A program made the translations under genes and the position numbers. The notes below the pieces were generated by a model, which was not told where the DNA came from, made no database searches, and was given only the letters and a program-made list of their open reading frames with translations. From an uncultured Actinomycetota bacterium (GTDB lineage Bacteria; Actinomycetota; Humimicrobiia; Humimicrobiales; Humimicrobiaceae), in NCBI GenBank assembly GCA_964424685.1, contig CAYRJH010000002.1:32263-69567 (forward strand): a DNA stretch of 37,305 bases, written 5' to 3'. Positions 19,202-28,746 of this stretch are shown here, one piece after another (position 1 is the stretch's first letter; every line of letters starts with the position of its first letter).

Positions 19202-21331
19202 GTGTCGGAACAAATGTTGATAAGAATTATCCCCTTTATTGGTTCCGGGGTATCGCTGATTGTGGCCATGATTTTTTCTGCGTTTATCAGAAAGAAGAGC
19301 AGGGGATCAAAGAGAATGGAAGAAATTTCTCGAACTATTTTTACAGGAAGCAGGGCATATCTCAATCAACAGACGAAAATAATGCTTATTTTTATGATTG
19401 TCCTGGTTGCCCTTTTAGGCGTTATGGTTAGGTTTGAATATCTATCCATCGCTTCAATTCCGGCTTTTATAAGCGGTATGGGACTTAGCATTATAATTGG
19501 TTATATAGGAATGTGGATATCTACTACATCAAATGCAAGGGTAACCAATGCAGCAAAAGAAAAGGGCCTGGGAGAAGCAATGAATGTGGCGCTAACGGCG
19601 GCTTCCTCATCAGGGCTGATTCTTGCAACAGGGGTATTATTTTATACAGCTTTCTGGTTCAATATTCTTTTCTGGTGGTACGGAAGGTATTCTGTTGACA
19701 TGGCGGATAACCTTTTTAAAGTTGTAAGTATATCGGTTACCTTTACCATAGGCGCCAGCTTTGCAGCATTTTTTATGAGAACGGGGGGCGGAATATTTAC
19801 TAAAGCTGCAGACATGGGAGCGGATTATGTCGGCAAGGTTGAATCGGGCTTAAAAGAAGATGATTACAGGAATCCCGCTACTATAGCAGATAATGTAGGC
19901 GATAATGTCGGGGATGTCGGAGGAATGATGGCGGATAGTCTGGAATCATGGCTCGGTGCAATAGTTGCCGCCCAATTCTTAGGGTTCCTTGCATTTAAAA
20001 ATTTAGCGCCAATGTTAAACAGTGTGCTTCTACCCACGCTTATTGCAACAGCGGGAGTATTTGCTTCTATTATCGCCATCTTTATTATTAAACTTATTAT
20101 AAGAAAGTATAAGGAAAATGCTACTGTAAGTCTTCTTACCGGTACAACGTTATCAGGACTTCTGATTACAGTAATAGGGATTATAGCTATATCCTACTTC
20201 ATAATAAGATATACCATGGGTGCAGAATACAATTTCCTGTTTTATGCTTCAACCGGCGGAATAGCTGCCGGGTTTCTAATCGGACTCTTTACACTTCTTT
20301 ATACAGATTCAAGATACAGGCCCACAAGAAGCATAATGGAGAGCGCAAAAAGCGGTCCTGCAACTTATGTTGTAAGTGGTCTTGCCTATGGTATGGAATC
20401 TACTATACTTCCTGCGTTAACGGTAATAGGCACCATGATTTTTAGCTTTTACATCTCTCAGGGACTGGCTAATTTTAAAATGGGACTATATGGCGTAGCA
20501 ATAGCGGCTGTTGGCATGCTGGCAACCGCACCTTTTGTTGTGACAATTGATGTATATGGACCGATATCAGATAATGCGGGAGGTATAGCAGAAATGGCCG
20601 AGCTTCCACCCGAGGTAAGGAAGACCACAGATAAACTTGATTCTGTTGGGAATACTACAGCAGCAATCGGTAAGGGAATTTTAATCGGCAGTGCAGCAGT
20701 AACGGCACTGGCGCTGGGCCAGGCTTATTTTTCACAGGTAGAACTACTGAAACCGGGAATGATTCTGGATTTTATAAAGGACCCGAGAATACTGGCAGGA
20801 TTGTTTATAGGAGTTATCATGCCGTTCTTTTTCTCATCTCTATTGCTTGAAGCGGTAGGTAAGGCAGCCAATAAAGTGGTTCAGGTTGCAAGGAAACAGA
20901 TAAAGGGAATACTGTCCGGAAAAGAAAAAGGTGACCCCAAAGAATTTATTACCATAGTTACAAGGTCTGCCCAGAGAGGAATCCTGATACCTGGAATCGC
21001 AATTTTTGTGGTCCCGACCCTCGTGGGCATATTTTTAGGTCCGGGCGGAGTAATAGCATTGATTATCGGAACACTTCTATCGGGATTTGCCCAGGCTATT
21101 TTTATGGCCAATTCAGGTGGAGCCATGGATAATGCAAAGAAGAAAATTGAAGAGGAAGGCAGAAGCGGAACTGATGAGCACTCAGCCTCAGTAGTCGGAG
21201 ATACCGTAGGTGATCCGTTAAAGGATACGGTGGGACCGTCTATGAATATATTGATAAAGCTGATAAGTGTTGTGGCCATTCAGACTGCAGTGTTAATTGT
21301 TGACCTGTCAGGAAAGTTATTCCACTTTTAA
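19202..21331 (+). CDS. hppA: Membrane-integral pyrophosphate-energised cation pump (M-PPase)
   Basis: The 709-aa polytopic ORF has a GTG start after AGAGGAGG. Signatures present are GGGIFTKAADMGADYVGKVE, DNVGDNVGDVGG, GNTTAAIGKG and GDTVGDPLKDT. Confidence 0.93.
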   Translation: MSEQMLIRIIPFIGSGVSLIVAMIFSAFIRKKSRGSKRMEEISRTIFTGSRAYLNQQTKIMLIFMIVLVALLGVMVRFEYLSIASIPAFISGMGLSIIIGYIGMWISTTSNARVTNAAKEKGLGEAMNVALTAASSSGLILATGVLFYTAFWFNILFWWYGRYSVDMADNLFKVVSISVTFTIGASFAAFFMRTGGGIFTKAADMGADYVGKVESGLKEDDYRNPATIADNVGDNVGDVGGMMADSLESWLGAIVAAQFLGFLAFKNLAPMLNSVLLPTLIATAGVFASIIAIFIIKLIIRKYKENATVSLLTGTTLSGLLITVIGIIAISYFIIRYTMGAEYNFLFYASTGGIAAGFLIGLFTLLYTDSRYRPTRSIMESAKSGPATYVVSGLAYGMESTILPALTVIGTMIFSFYISQGLANFKMGLYGVAIAAVGMLATAPFVVTIDVYGPISDNAGGIAEMAELPPEVRKTTDKLDSVGNTTAAIGKGILIGSAAVTALALGQAYFSQVELLKPGMILDFIKDPRILAGLFIGVIMPFFFSSLLLEAVGKAANKVVQVARKQIKGILSGKEKGDPKEFITIVTRSAQRGILIPGIAIFVVPTLVGIFLGPGGVIALIIGTLLSGFAQAIFMANSGGAMDNAKKKIEEEGRSGTDEHSASVVGDTVGDPLKDTVGPSMNILIKLISVVAIQTAVLIVDLSGKLFHF

Positions 21332-21352
21332 TATAGTTTTTTTAAATAAATT

Positions 21353-21392
21353 AAAAATGCACACATGTAATAAATTGCATGTGTGCATTTTT
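21353..21392 (+). terminator. Rho-independent (potentially bidirectional) terminator after hppA
   Basis: AAAAATGCACACATG (21353-21367) is perfectly complementary to CATGTGTGCATTTTT (21378-21392), with a 10-nt loop. The hairpin has an A-run on its 5' side and a T-run on its 3' side. Confidence 0.85.
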
Positions 21393-21467
21393 ATTGACAG
21401 GTACAGGCAAAAAAAAGTAAATAATTTGGTAATTTGAAAATTTCTATATTTATGGTATTTTATTGTA

Positions 21468-22247
21468 ATGAATAATTATATAAATAAAATAATAAATACA
21501 TTACTTAATAATTTTAAAGATGGAACTATAAATAAAGAAGAAGTAATATCAAAAATTAAAGAAATATATTTTGAAGATATCGGCTTTGCAAAAATAGACC
21601 ACCACCGTGGATTAAGAAGAGGTTTTCCGGAAGTAATATACGGAGCGGGGAAAACTCCTGAACAAATTTTAGGTATTGCAAAGAAAATATTAAATTATTC
21701 AAATATACTGTTAATAACAAGAACCACGGCTGAAGTATATAATTTATTAAAAAAAGAGATTAAAAACATTAAGTTTAATTTGGAATCAAATATTATATAT
21801 ACACTGCCTCATGTTCCCGATATTAAATTGAGTAAAGGGATAACTGTAATATGTGCGGGGACTTCAGATATAAGCGTAGCGGAAGAAGCAGCGCTGACGG
21901 CTTATTTGATGGGGAATAGGGTTGAAAGGATTTACGACGTAGGTGTAGCGGGCATACACAGGTTAATAAGTTTCAAAGATGAATTAAGTAAATCAAATGT
22001 AATTGTAGCAGTTGCCGGCATGGAAGGGGCTCTGCCCGGAGTCGTAAGTTCAATGGTAGACTGTCCGGTGATAGGCGTTCCGACCAGTGCCGGGTATGGT
22101 GCAAGTTTTGGCGGGATATCTGCCATGCTGACCATGCTAAACTCCTGCAGTCCGGGAATCCTTGTGGTAAACATTGATAATGGGTTCGGGGCAGGTTATT
22201 CAGCAGGAATTATTAATAAGTTAACCAGGCAAAAAAGACCTGATTAA
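21468..22247 (+). CDS. larB: Nickel-pincer cofactor biosynthesis protein LarB (PurE-like carboxylase/hydrolase)
   Basis: The 259-aa ORF has GFAKIDHHRGLRRGFPEVIYGAGKT followed by a PurE-like domain (VICAGTSDISVAEEA...AGMEGALPGVV...VIGVPTS). Confidence 0.85.
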   Translation: MNNYINKIINTLLNNFKDGTINKEEVISKIKEIYFEDIGFAKIDHHRGLRRGFPEVIYGAGKTPEQILGIAKKILNYSNILLITRTTAEVYNLLKKEIKNIKFNLESNIIYTLPHVPDIKLSKGITVICAGTSDISVAEEAALTAYLMGNRVERIYDVGVAGIHRLISFKDELSKSNVIVAVAGMEGALPGVVSSMVDCPVIGVPTSAGYGASFGGISAMLTMLNSCSPGILVVNIDNGFGAGYSAGIINKLTRQKRPD

Positions 22248-22348
22248 ATAAAATTTTATTTAAATAAAATATTTTGATTCCATATATGTGTAATATGATT
22301 TGAGATATAATATAATTATAAGTATGAATAAAAGTTTTTAGGATTATT

Positions 22349-24031
22349 ATGGTAGATATAGATTTTAAGAAAGAAAAAATAGGGCAAATACTTTTAAACA
22401 GGAATATTATCTCCAGAGAGCAGTTGGAAGATGCGTTAAACACTCAGAAAAATACGGGAGAAAAATTAGGAGAGATATTAATAAAAAAGGGATTTATTTC
22501 TGATGAGACTTTAATGGAACTTGTTTCGTTCCAGAGAGGCTTTGAAGTTGTAGATCTGGAAAAGATTAAGGATCAGATCGATCCTTCGATTGCAAATATA
22601 GTTTCAAAGGATTTTGCCTTTAAAAGAAAAGTTTTTCCATTTAATCTTGTTGATAGCACACTGCATGTAGCAATGATTGATCCTAGAGATATTAATGCTA
22701 TTGATGAGATAAAACTTCTCACGGGTTATAATGTACAACCATTCATCAGTACAAAGAAAAATATAGAAAGTATTATCAGGTTATATACTTCTGATGATTA
22801 TAGTCTTAAAGAAGTCCAGGAAATAATAAAGGATGAAGATTTTACTGTAGGTAAAAAAATCGATGAAGAACAGGCAGAAAAAAATCCACTTGTAAGACTT
22901 GCGAACCAGATTGTGTTAAAAGCAGTATCGTTAAGAGCCAGTGATATCCACGTTGAACCACAGGAAAAGAATTGTGCTATAAGATTTAGAATAGACGGTG
23001 TGCTTCAAAAGATAAAAGATGTTCCAAAAACAGTTCAAAGACTATTAATCTCAAGATATAAAATAATGGCTGGAATGGATATAACCGAAAACAGGCTGCC
23101 TCAGGATGGCAGAAGCTCTGTGAGTTTTAGCAATAGAATGATTGACCTGAGGCTTGCTTCGATTCCAACTGTCTTTGGTGAAAATGTAACTATAAGAATA
23201 CTTGATAGAGATGAATCTGTTTTTGATTTAAAAAAATCGGGAATGTCTGAAGATGATGTTAAAAAATTTATGGGTATGATAACACTGCCCCATGGAGCTA
23301 TTGTTATTACAGGGCCTACCGGTTCCGGTAAAACTACTACCCTGTATGCGAGCCTTAATAGGATTTCGGATATTGCGAAAAAAATCTATACAATAGAGGA
23401 TCCTGTTGAATATAGATTTCCCGGAATAATGCAGGTTCAGGTAAATCCTAAAATTGATATGACTTTTGCAAGAGGCTTGAGAGCAATGCTCCGAAGCGAT
23501 CCTGATATAATTTTAATTGGTGAAGTAAGAGATCTGGAAACAGCAAAAATAGCTGTCGAAGCAGCTATTACCGGACATCTGGTTTTGACTACTTTGCATA
23601 CCAATGATGCGCCTTCCAGCCTTACAAGGCTTCTTGAAATGGGCATAGAATCTTATATGATATCATCTGCAGTGAGAGGAATAGTTGCTCAAAGGCTGGT
23701 AAGACTATTATGTGATAATTGTAAGGAAAAAGTCGAAGTACCGGAATCGTCTTTAAACGAAGAAATAAGGCCTATACTCAAGGGTAAAACGATTTATAAA
23801 AGCGTAGGGTGCAAGAGATGCAATTCTACCGGATATATGGGGAGAGTTGGGATATATTCACTGCTGGTCGTGTCTAAAAAGATGCGGGAGATGCTCCTGA
23901 TGCGGAAAAGTACAGACGAAATTTCTGATGCTGCAAGAGAAGAAGGCATGAGAACCCTTCTGGAGAGCGGAGCTTGTAAAGTCGCAGAAGGAAAAACCTC
24001 GCTTGAAGAATTATACAGAGTTGTTTATTAG
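22349..24031 (+). CDS. GspE/PilB-family type II secretion / type IV pilus assembly ATPase
   Basis: The 560-aa ORF has an N-terminal T2SSE_N/MshEN-like domain. It also has Walker A GPTGSGKTTT, an Asp box/Walker B DPDIILIGEVRD, a His box GHLVLTTLHTND, and the tetracysteine cluster CDNC...CKRC. Confidence 0.85.
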   Translation: MVDIDFKKEKIGQILLNRNIISREQLEDALNTQKNTGEKLGEILIKKGFISDETLMELVSFQRGFEVVDLEKIKDQIDPSIANIVSKDFAFKRKVFPFNLVDSTLHVAMIDPRDINAIDEIKLLTGYNVQPFISTKKNIESIIRLYTSDDYSLKEVQEIIKDEDFTVGKKIDEEQAEKNPLVRLANQIVLKAVSLRASDIHVEPQEKNCAIRFRIDGVLQKIKDVPKTVQRLLISRYKIMAGMDITENRLPQDGRSSVSFSNRMIDLRLASIPTVFGENVTIRILDRDESVFDLKKSGMSEDDVKKFMGMITLPHGAIVITGPTGSGKTTTLYASLNRISDIAKKIYTIEDPVEYRFPGIMQVQVNPKIDMTFARGLRAMLRSDPDIILIGEVRDLETAKIAVEAAITGHLVLTTLHTNDAPSSLTRLLEMGIESYMISSAVRGIVAQRLVRLLCDNCKEKVEVPESSLNEEIRPILKGKTIYKSVGCKRCNSTGYMGRVGIYSLLVVSKKMREMLLMRKSTDEISDAAREEGMRTLLESGACKVAEGKTSLEELYRVVY

Positions 24032-24126
24032 GCTTATTTATATTAAGTCTTAATTTGTTTATTTTGGCTTAGTTTAATTTATTTTAAAAATCTTAATCAA
24101 GAGTAAATAATTTAACTTCTTTTAGG

Positions 24127-27100
24127 ATGGAAAAAGGAAAATTTGTTCATCTGCATGTCCACAGCGAGTACTCTTTATTGGATGGTGCTTCAAGGATAGC
24201 AAAATTAATAGAGAGAGCCTGCGAGTTTAATATGCCAGCTTTAGCATTAACAGATCATGGAGTTATGTATGGATCTATTGAATTCTATAGCCAGGCTAAG
24301 AAATCAGGGATAAAACCAATAATAGGATGTGAAGTTTACCTGGCGCCAAAAAGCAGGCGGGATAAGCAGATAGAAAGAGATAAAAAGGAAGAAACTTCCT
24401 ATCATCTGACTTTGCTGGCTGAAAGTAACCGGGGTTATAAAAATCTTATTAGGCTGGTAAGCCTCGGATTTTTAGAGGGTTTCTATTATAAACCGAGAGT
24501 TGATAAAGAATTATTAAGGGAATACAGTGAAGGTATAATCGCTTTGAGCGGCTGTATCTCGGGTGAAATTCCAAAATATATAATTTCAGGACGGATTCAA
24601 GAAGCAAAGAGAATTTTAGAGGAATATGTGGAAATTTTTGATAAAGGCAGCTTCTTTTTGGAATTACAGGATTCCGGTATTCCCCAACAAAAAATAGTAA
24701 ATAAGACCCTGGCAGAATTATCTTTAGAATATAAAATTCCGCTCGTAGCCACAAATGATGTTCATTATGTAGATAAGAAAGATAGTAAAGCTCATGATGT
24801 CCTGCTCTGCATTCAAACTGGTTCCACAATTAATGAAGCCGGAAGATTGAAATTCCCTACAGAAGAATATTATTTCAAAGACTACCGCCAGATGAAAGAG
24901 CTTTTTAAAGAGTTTCCAGGAGCAATCGAAAATACACTGGAAATTGCCGGGAGGTGTAATTTAAATTTGAAATTTGATATGAATTTAATACCTTCCTTTC
25001 ATGTTTCCGATAATACTACACCGGATGAGTATTTAAAAAAGTTGTGTTATGAAGGTGTAAAAAATAAATATGGTGAAATTACTGAAGTTGTCAATGTGAG
25101 AATAAACAGGGAACTGGAAGTTATAAAGAAAATGGGATTTTCAGATTACTTTTTAATTGTATGGGATCTTATTAATTTTGCTAAAAATAATAACATAAGG
25201 GTAGGGCCTGGGAGAGGTTCAGCTGCGGGGAGCATAGTTTCTTATCTTTTAGGAATAACAGACATAGAACCTTTAAAATACGGCCTGTTATTTGAGAGAT
25301 TCTTGAACGAAGAGCGCAATAGTATGCCTGACATAGATATAGATTTTTGTTATGAAAAAAGAGATGATGTCATCAAGTATGTTACAAAAAAATACGGCGA
25401 CAGGAGAGTTGCCCAGCTAATTACTTTCGGGACAATGGCGGCAAGACAGGCTATAAGAGATGCGGGAAGAGTAATGGAAATGCCGTATGCGGATGTGGAC
25501 CGTATAGCAAAAATGGTTCCGATGGAATTGAATGTAACTATCAAAAATTCGTTAGAGATAGTCCCGGAGTTAAATGAAATCTATGAGAATAATGAAAAGG
25601 TAAAAGAGATAATTGATACCGCGATTTCACTCGAGGGTATATCAAGGCAGGATTCAATTCATGCTGCCGGAGTTGTCATATCTTCGGAAGACCTTTACAA
25701 CTACACACCGCTGCAGAAAGAAAATGAAGGTGATATTGTAACCCAGTATAAAATGGAGGATATCCAGAAAATAGGGCTTTTAAAAATGGATTTTCTGGGG
25801 TTAAAAACACTTTCATTAATAGATAAAAGTCTTTTCTTAATAAAGAAAACCAAAAATCTGGAAATAGATATCAATAATATAAACCCCGATGATAAAAAGA
25901 CTTTTAACATGCTAAGCGAGGGGGAATGTCTGGGAGTATTTCAGCTTGAAAGTTCAGGAATGCGGGAACTGGTAATAAACCTCAAGCCGACAAGATTTGA
26001 AGATTTAATAGCTCTCCTGGCCTTATACAGGCCCGGTCCTCTTCAAAGCGGAATGGTGCGGGATTTTGTAGAAAATAAGAATGGAAGAAAACAAATAAAT
26101 TATCTTCATCCTTCTCTTGAGAAAATTCTTGAAAGTACCTATGGAATTATCCTATACCAGGAACAGGTTATGGGAATAGCGTCTGAGCTTGCAGGTTTCA
26201 GTATGTCAGAAGCGGATATTTTAAGAAGTGCCATAAGTAAGAAAAAAAGAGGCCTACTTTCCAGGCAAAAAAGCAAATTTATAGAAGGTGCCAGAAGAAG
26301 AGGGATAGATGAGAAAATCTCAATAAAAATTTTTGAACTTGTAAATAATTTTGCTGAATACGGATTTAATAAATCCCATAGTGCAGCATATGCAATGATT
26401 TCATATCAGACCGCTTATCTTAAAGCTAATTATCCGGTGGAGTTTATGGCGGCGCTGCTCAGTATACGAATGGGTAGCCAGGAAAAAGTAGCCCAGTATG
26501 TCAATGAGACCAGAAGAATGGGTATCAGAGTTTTGCCTCCAGACATTAATGAAAGTTTTACCGACTTTACCGTGGTGGAAGAGTCGATCAGATTCGGATT
26601 ATCGGCCGTCAAGAATGTGGGAACCAATGTTATTGAATGTATAGAAAAAGTAAGGAAAAAAGGCGGTAAATTTAAAAATTTTATTGATTTTTGTGAAAGG
26701 GTTGACAGCAGCGTATTAAATAAAAAAACTCTTGAAAGTTTAATAAAAAGCGGAACTTTCGATTCTATGGGTTTAAGCAGGAAATACTTGCTGGAGAATT
26801 ATGAGAGAATAGTAGAAGAAGTTTTAAAGATTAGGAAAGACAGGGATATCGGCCAGTATTCACTATTTGAAGTAAATGGAAGTCAAAAAAAAGAGGTATT
26901 GCCGGATGGCTCATACCAGACAGAAGATAAGTTCAGGGAATTTTCAAAAAAAGAATTATTAAATTTCGAAAAAGAGATGCTGGGCCTTTATATTTCCGGG
27001 CACCCCCTGTTTGAATATGAAGATTCACTCTCACGGTTGACTCCTGTTGAGGTGCTGGGAAGTCTTGAGGACGCTGCAAATGTTGCGATTGGCGGGGTAA

Positions 27101-27612
27101 TAAGCAGGATTAAAACCGTATATACAAAAAAAGACCAGCAGATGTGCTTTATAGAGTTAGAAGATGTTTCCGATAGTGTGGAAGTAATCGTATTTCCTTC
27201 AATATTTATAAAATTCAGAGAAATTATTGCCGAAGATAAAATTGTAAAAATTAAAGGTAAACTTGACAAAAAAGAAGACCAGTTAAAAATTATAGCTAAT
27301 GAATTTGAGGAAATGGAAAAAGATAAAAAAGTTGATAAAAGCCAGAAAGAGCTGATAAGCGAAACAAATAAAAAAGTAGTTTTTAAAATGAAGAGAGACG
27401 ATATGGATAAAGATTTTATAAACCGGTTTTATGATTTATTAAAAAAATTCCCGGGATTTAATGAAGTTGAATTCAGAATAACAGATAAAGATGGTGAAGA
27501 TATAGAAAGGACCTATAAGCTTCCATCAGGGTATAGAATAGATTTAAATGAGTCACTTGAGAAAAGTTTGAGGGAAATGTTTTCAGATAAGATCAATTGG
27601 GATATAGTTTAA
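24127..27612 (+). CDS. dnaE: DNA polymerase III alpha subunit
   Basis: The 1161-aa ORF has the PHP domain motif HLHVHSEYSLLDG, then GPGRGSAAGS and the catalytic PDIDIDF. An OB-fold and a C-terminal region are present. No intein-sized insertion is seen. Confidence 0.95.
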   Translation: MEKGKFVHLHVHSEYSLLDGASRIAKLIERACEFNMPALALTDHGVMYGSIEFYSQAKKSGIKPIIGCEVYLAPKSRRDKQIERDKKEETSYHLTLLAESNRGYKNLIRLVSLGFLEGFYYKPRVDKELLREYSEGIIALSGCISGEIPKYIISGRIQEAKRILEEYVEIFDKGSFFLELQDSGIPQQKIVNKTLAELSLEYKIPLVATNDVHYVDKKDSKAHDVLLCIQTGSTINEAGRLKFPTEEYYFKDYRQMKELFKEFPGAIENTLEIAGRCNLNLKFDMNLIPSFHVSDNTTPDEYLKKLCYEGVKNKYGEITEVVNVRINRELEVIKKMGFSDYFLIVWDLINFAKNNNIRVGPGRGSAAGSIVSYLLGITDIEPLKYGLLFERFLNEERNSMPDIDIDFCYEKRDDVIKYVTKKYGDRRVAQLITFGTMAARQAIRDAGRVMEMPYADVDRIAKMVPMELNVTIKNSLEIVPELNEIYENNEKVKEIIDTAISLEGISRQDSIHAAGVVISSEDLYNYTPLQKENEGDIVTQYKMEDIQKIGLLKMDFLGLKTLSLIDKSLFLIKKTKNLEIDINNINPDDKKTFNMLSEGECLGVFQLESSGMRELVINLKPTRFEDLIALLALYRPGPLQSGMVRDFVENKNGRKQINYLHPSLEKILESTYGIILYQEQVMGIASELAGFSMSEADILRSAISKKKRGLLSRQKSKFIEGARRRGIDEKISIKIFELVNNFAEYGFNKSHSAAYAMISYQTAYLKANYPVEFMAALLSIRMGSQEKVAQYVNETRRMGIRVLPPDINESFTDFTVVEESIRFGLSAVKNVGTNVIECIEKVRKKGGKFKNFIDFCERVDSSVLNKKTLESLIKSGTFDSMGLSRKYLLENYERIVEEVLKIRKDRDIGQYSLFEVNGSQKKEVLPDGSYQTEDKFREFSKKELLNFEKEMLGLYISGHPLFEYEDSLSRLTPVEVLGSLEDAANVAIGGVISRIKTVYTKKDQQMCFIELEDVSDSVEVIVFPSIFIKFREIIAEDKIVKIKGKLDKKEDQLKIIANEFEEMEKDKKVDKSQKELISETNKKVVFKMKRDDMDKDFINRFYDLLKKFPGFNEVEFRITDKDGEDIERTYKLPSGYRIDLNESLEKSLREMFSDKINWDIV

Positions 27613-27641
27613 ATATTTAAAGGTATGCCGGGAGGGATCAT

Positions 27642-28736
27642 ATGCATGATTTAAAATTTGCAGTGCTGGGTGCGGGTCACGGAGGGAAAGCAATAGCTGC
27701 GCATCTTGCAATAAAGGGATATACGGTTAATCTGTATAACAGAACATTTTTACGGATTCAACCAATAAAAAAGATGAAGGGGATAGAGCTTGAAGGTGAG
27801 ATTAAAGGTTTTGGCAAGCTTAATCTGGTGACCAGTGATATAGAGAAAGCAGTTAAGGGTATGGATATAATCATGGTCGTGGTACCGGCAGACGGCCATT
27901 ATTCGATTGCTAAAACATGCGCGTCTTTTTTAAATGAAAAGCAGATTGTAGTTTTAAATCCCGGAAGGACATGCGGCGCACTTGAATTTTTAAATGTATT
28001 GCGGAACGAGGGCAATAATAAAGATGTCACCGTAGCAGAAGCCCAGACTTTTATTTATGCAAGCAGGGGTATGGGCCCGGCCACAGCAAGAATATTCAGG
28101 ATAAAACAGGCAATACCGGTAGCGGCTATACCATCCAGGAAGACTGAAATGGTCGTAAAAAAGTTAAATGATGCATTTCCTGAATTTATCCCGGCTGCAA
28201 GCTCTATTGAAACAAGTTTTAACAATATGGGCGCAGTGTTCCACCCTTCAATTACAATACTTAATTTAAGCAGGATCGAGTCTACTATGGGAAATTTCCA
28301 GTTCTATATAGAGGGTGTCACACAATCTGTGGCAAAAATCCTTGAATCGGTTGATGAGGAAAGAGTAATTGTTGCTAGAAAGTTAAAGTGTGCCAGGATA
28401 TACTCCGCCATTGAATGGTTATCAATGGCTTATAATGTAGTGGAAGATAATTTATTTGATGCCATACACAGCAACCCCGGTTACGTAGGTATCATGGCCC
28501 CGATAACCATAAATGTCCGGTATATAACCGAAGATGTTCCCATGAGTTTAGTCCCGATTTCTGAATTTGGCAAAGCGCTCGGGGTAGAAACAAGAGTAAT
28601 TGATTCCCTTATCAATATAGCTAATTCCATATTTAAAAGAGATTTCAGGAGCACCGGCCGCAATCTTAAAAGGCTGGGATTAGAAGGATTAAACTTGGAA
28701 CAGATGAGGAGTATATTTATCAAAGGAAGGAAGTAG
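27642..28736 (+). CDS. NAD(P)-dependent opine dehydrogenase family protein (octopine/nopaline DH superfamily), substrate unknown
   Basis: The 364-aa ORF has the dinucleotide fold FAVLGAGHGGKAIAAHLAIKGY. VVPADGHYSIA, VLNPGRTCGALEF and FQFYIEGVT line up by eye with the Arthrobacter opine dehydrogenase. A GGAGGG RBS is present. The gene starts 29 nt after the dnaE stop. Confidence 0.8.
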   Translation: MHDLKFAVLGAGHGGKAIAAHLAIKGYTVNLYNRTFLRIQPIKKMKGIELEGEIKGFGKLNLVTSDIEKAVKGMDIIMVVVPADGHYSIAKTCASFLNEKQIVVLNPGRTCGALEFLNVLRNEGNNKDVTVAEAQTFIYASRGMGPATARIFRIKQAIPVAAIPSRKTEMVVKKLNDAFPEFIPAASSIETSFNNMGAVFHPSITILNLSRIESTMGNFQFYIEGVTQSVAKILESVDEERVIVARKLKCARIYSAIEWLSMAYNVVEDNLFDAIHSNPGYVGIMAPITINVRYITEDVPMSLVPISEFGKALGVETRVIDSLINIANSIFKRDFRSTGRNLKRLGLEGLNLEQMRSIFIKGRK

Positions 28737-28746
28737 TTTTCAAGAC

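Noticed and set aside
19513-19698. 61-aa + strand ORF in an alternative frame inside hppA
   Set aside because: It is fully nested in the hppA coding frame, which has uninterrupted family signatures. There is no RBS or other support.
22246-22261. Perfect 16-bp palindrome AAATAAAATTTTATTT overlapping the larB stop codon
   Set aside because: It contains no G or C, so it would form a very unstable hairpin. I did not call it a terminator.
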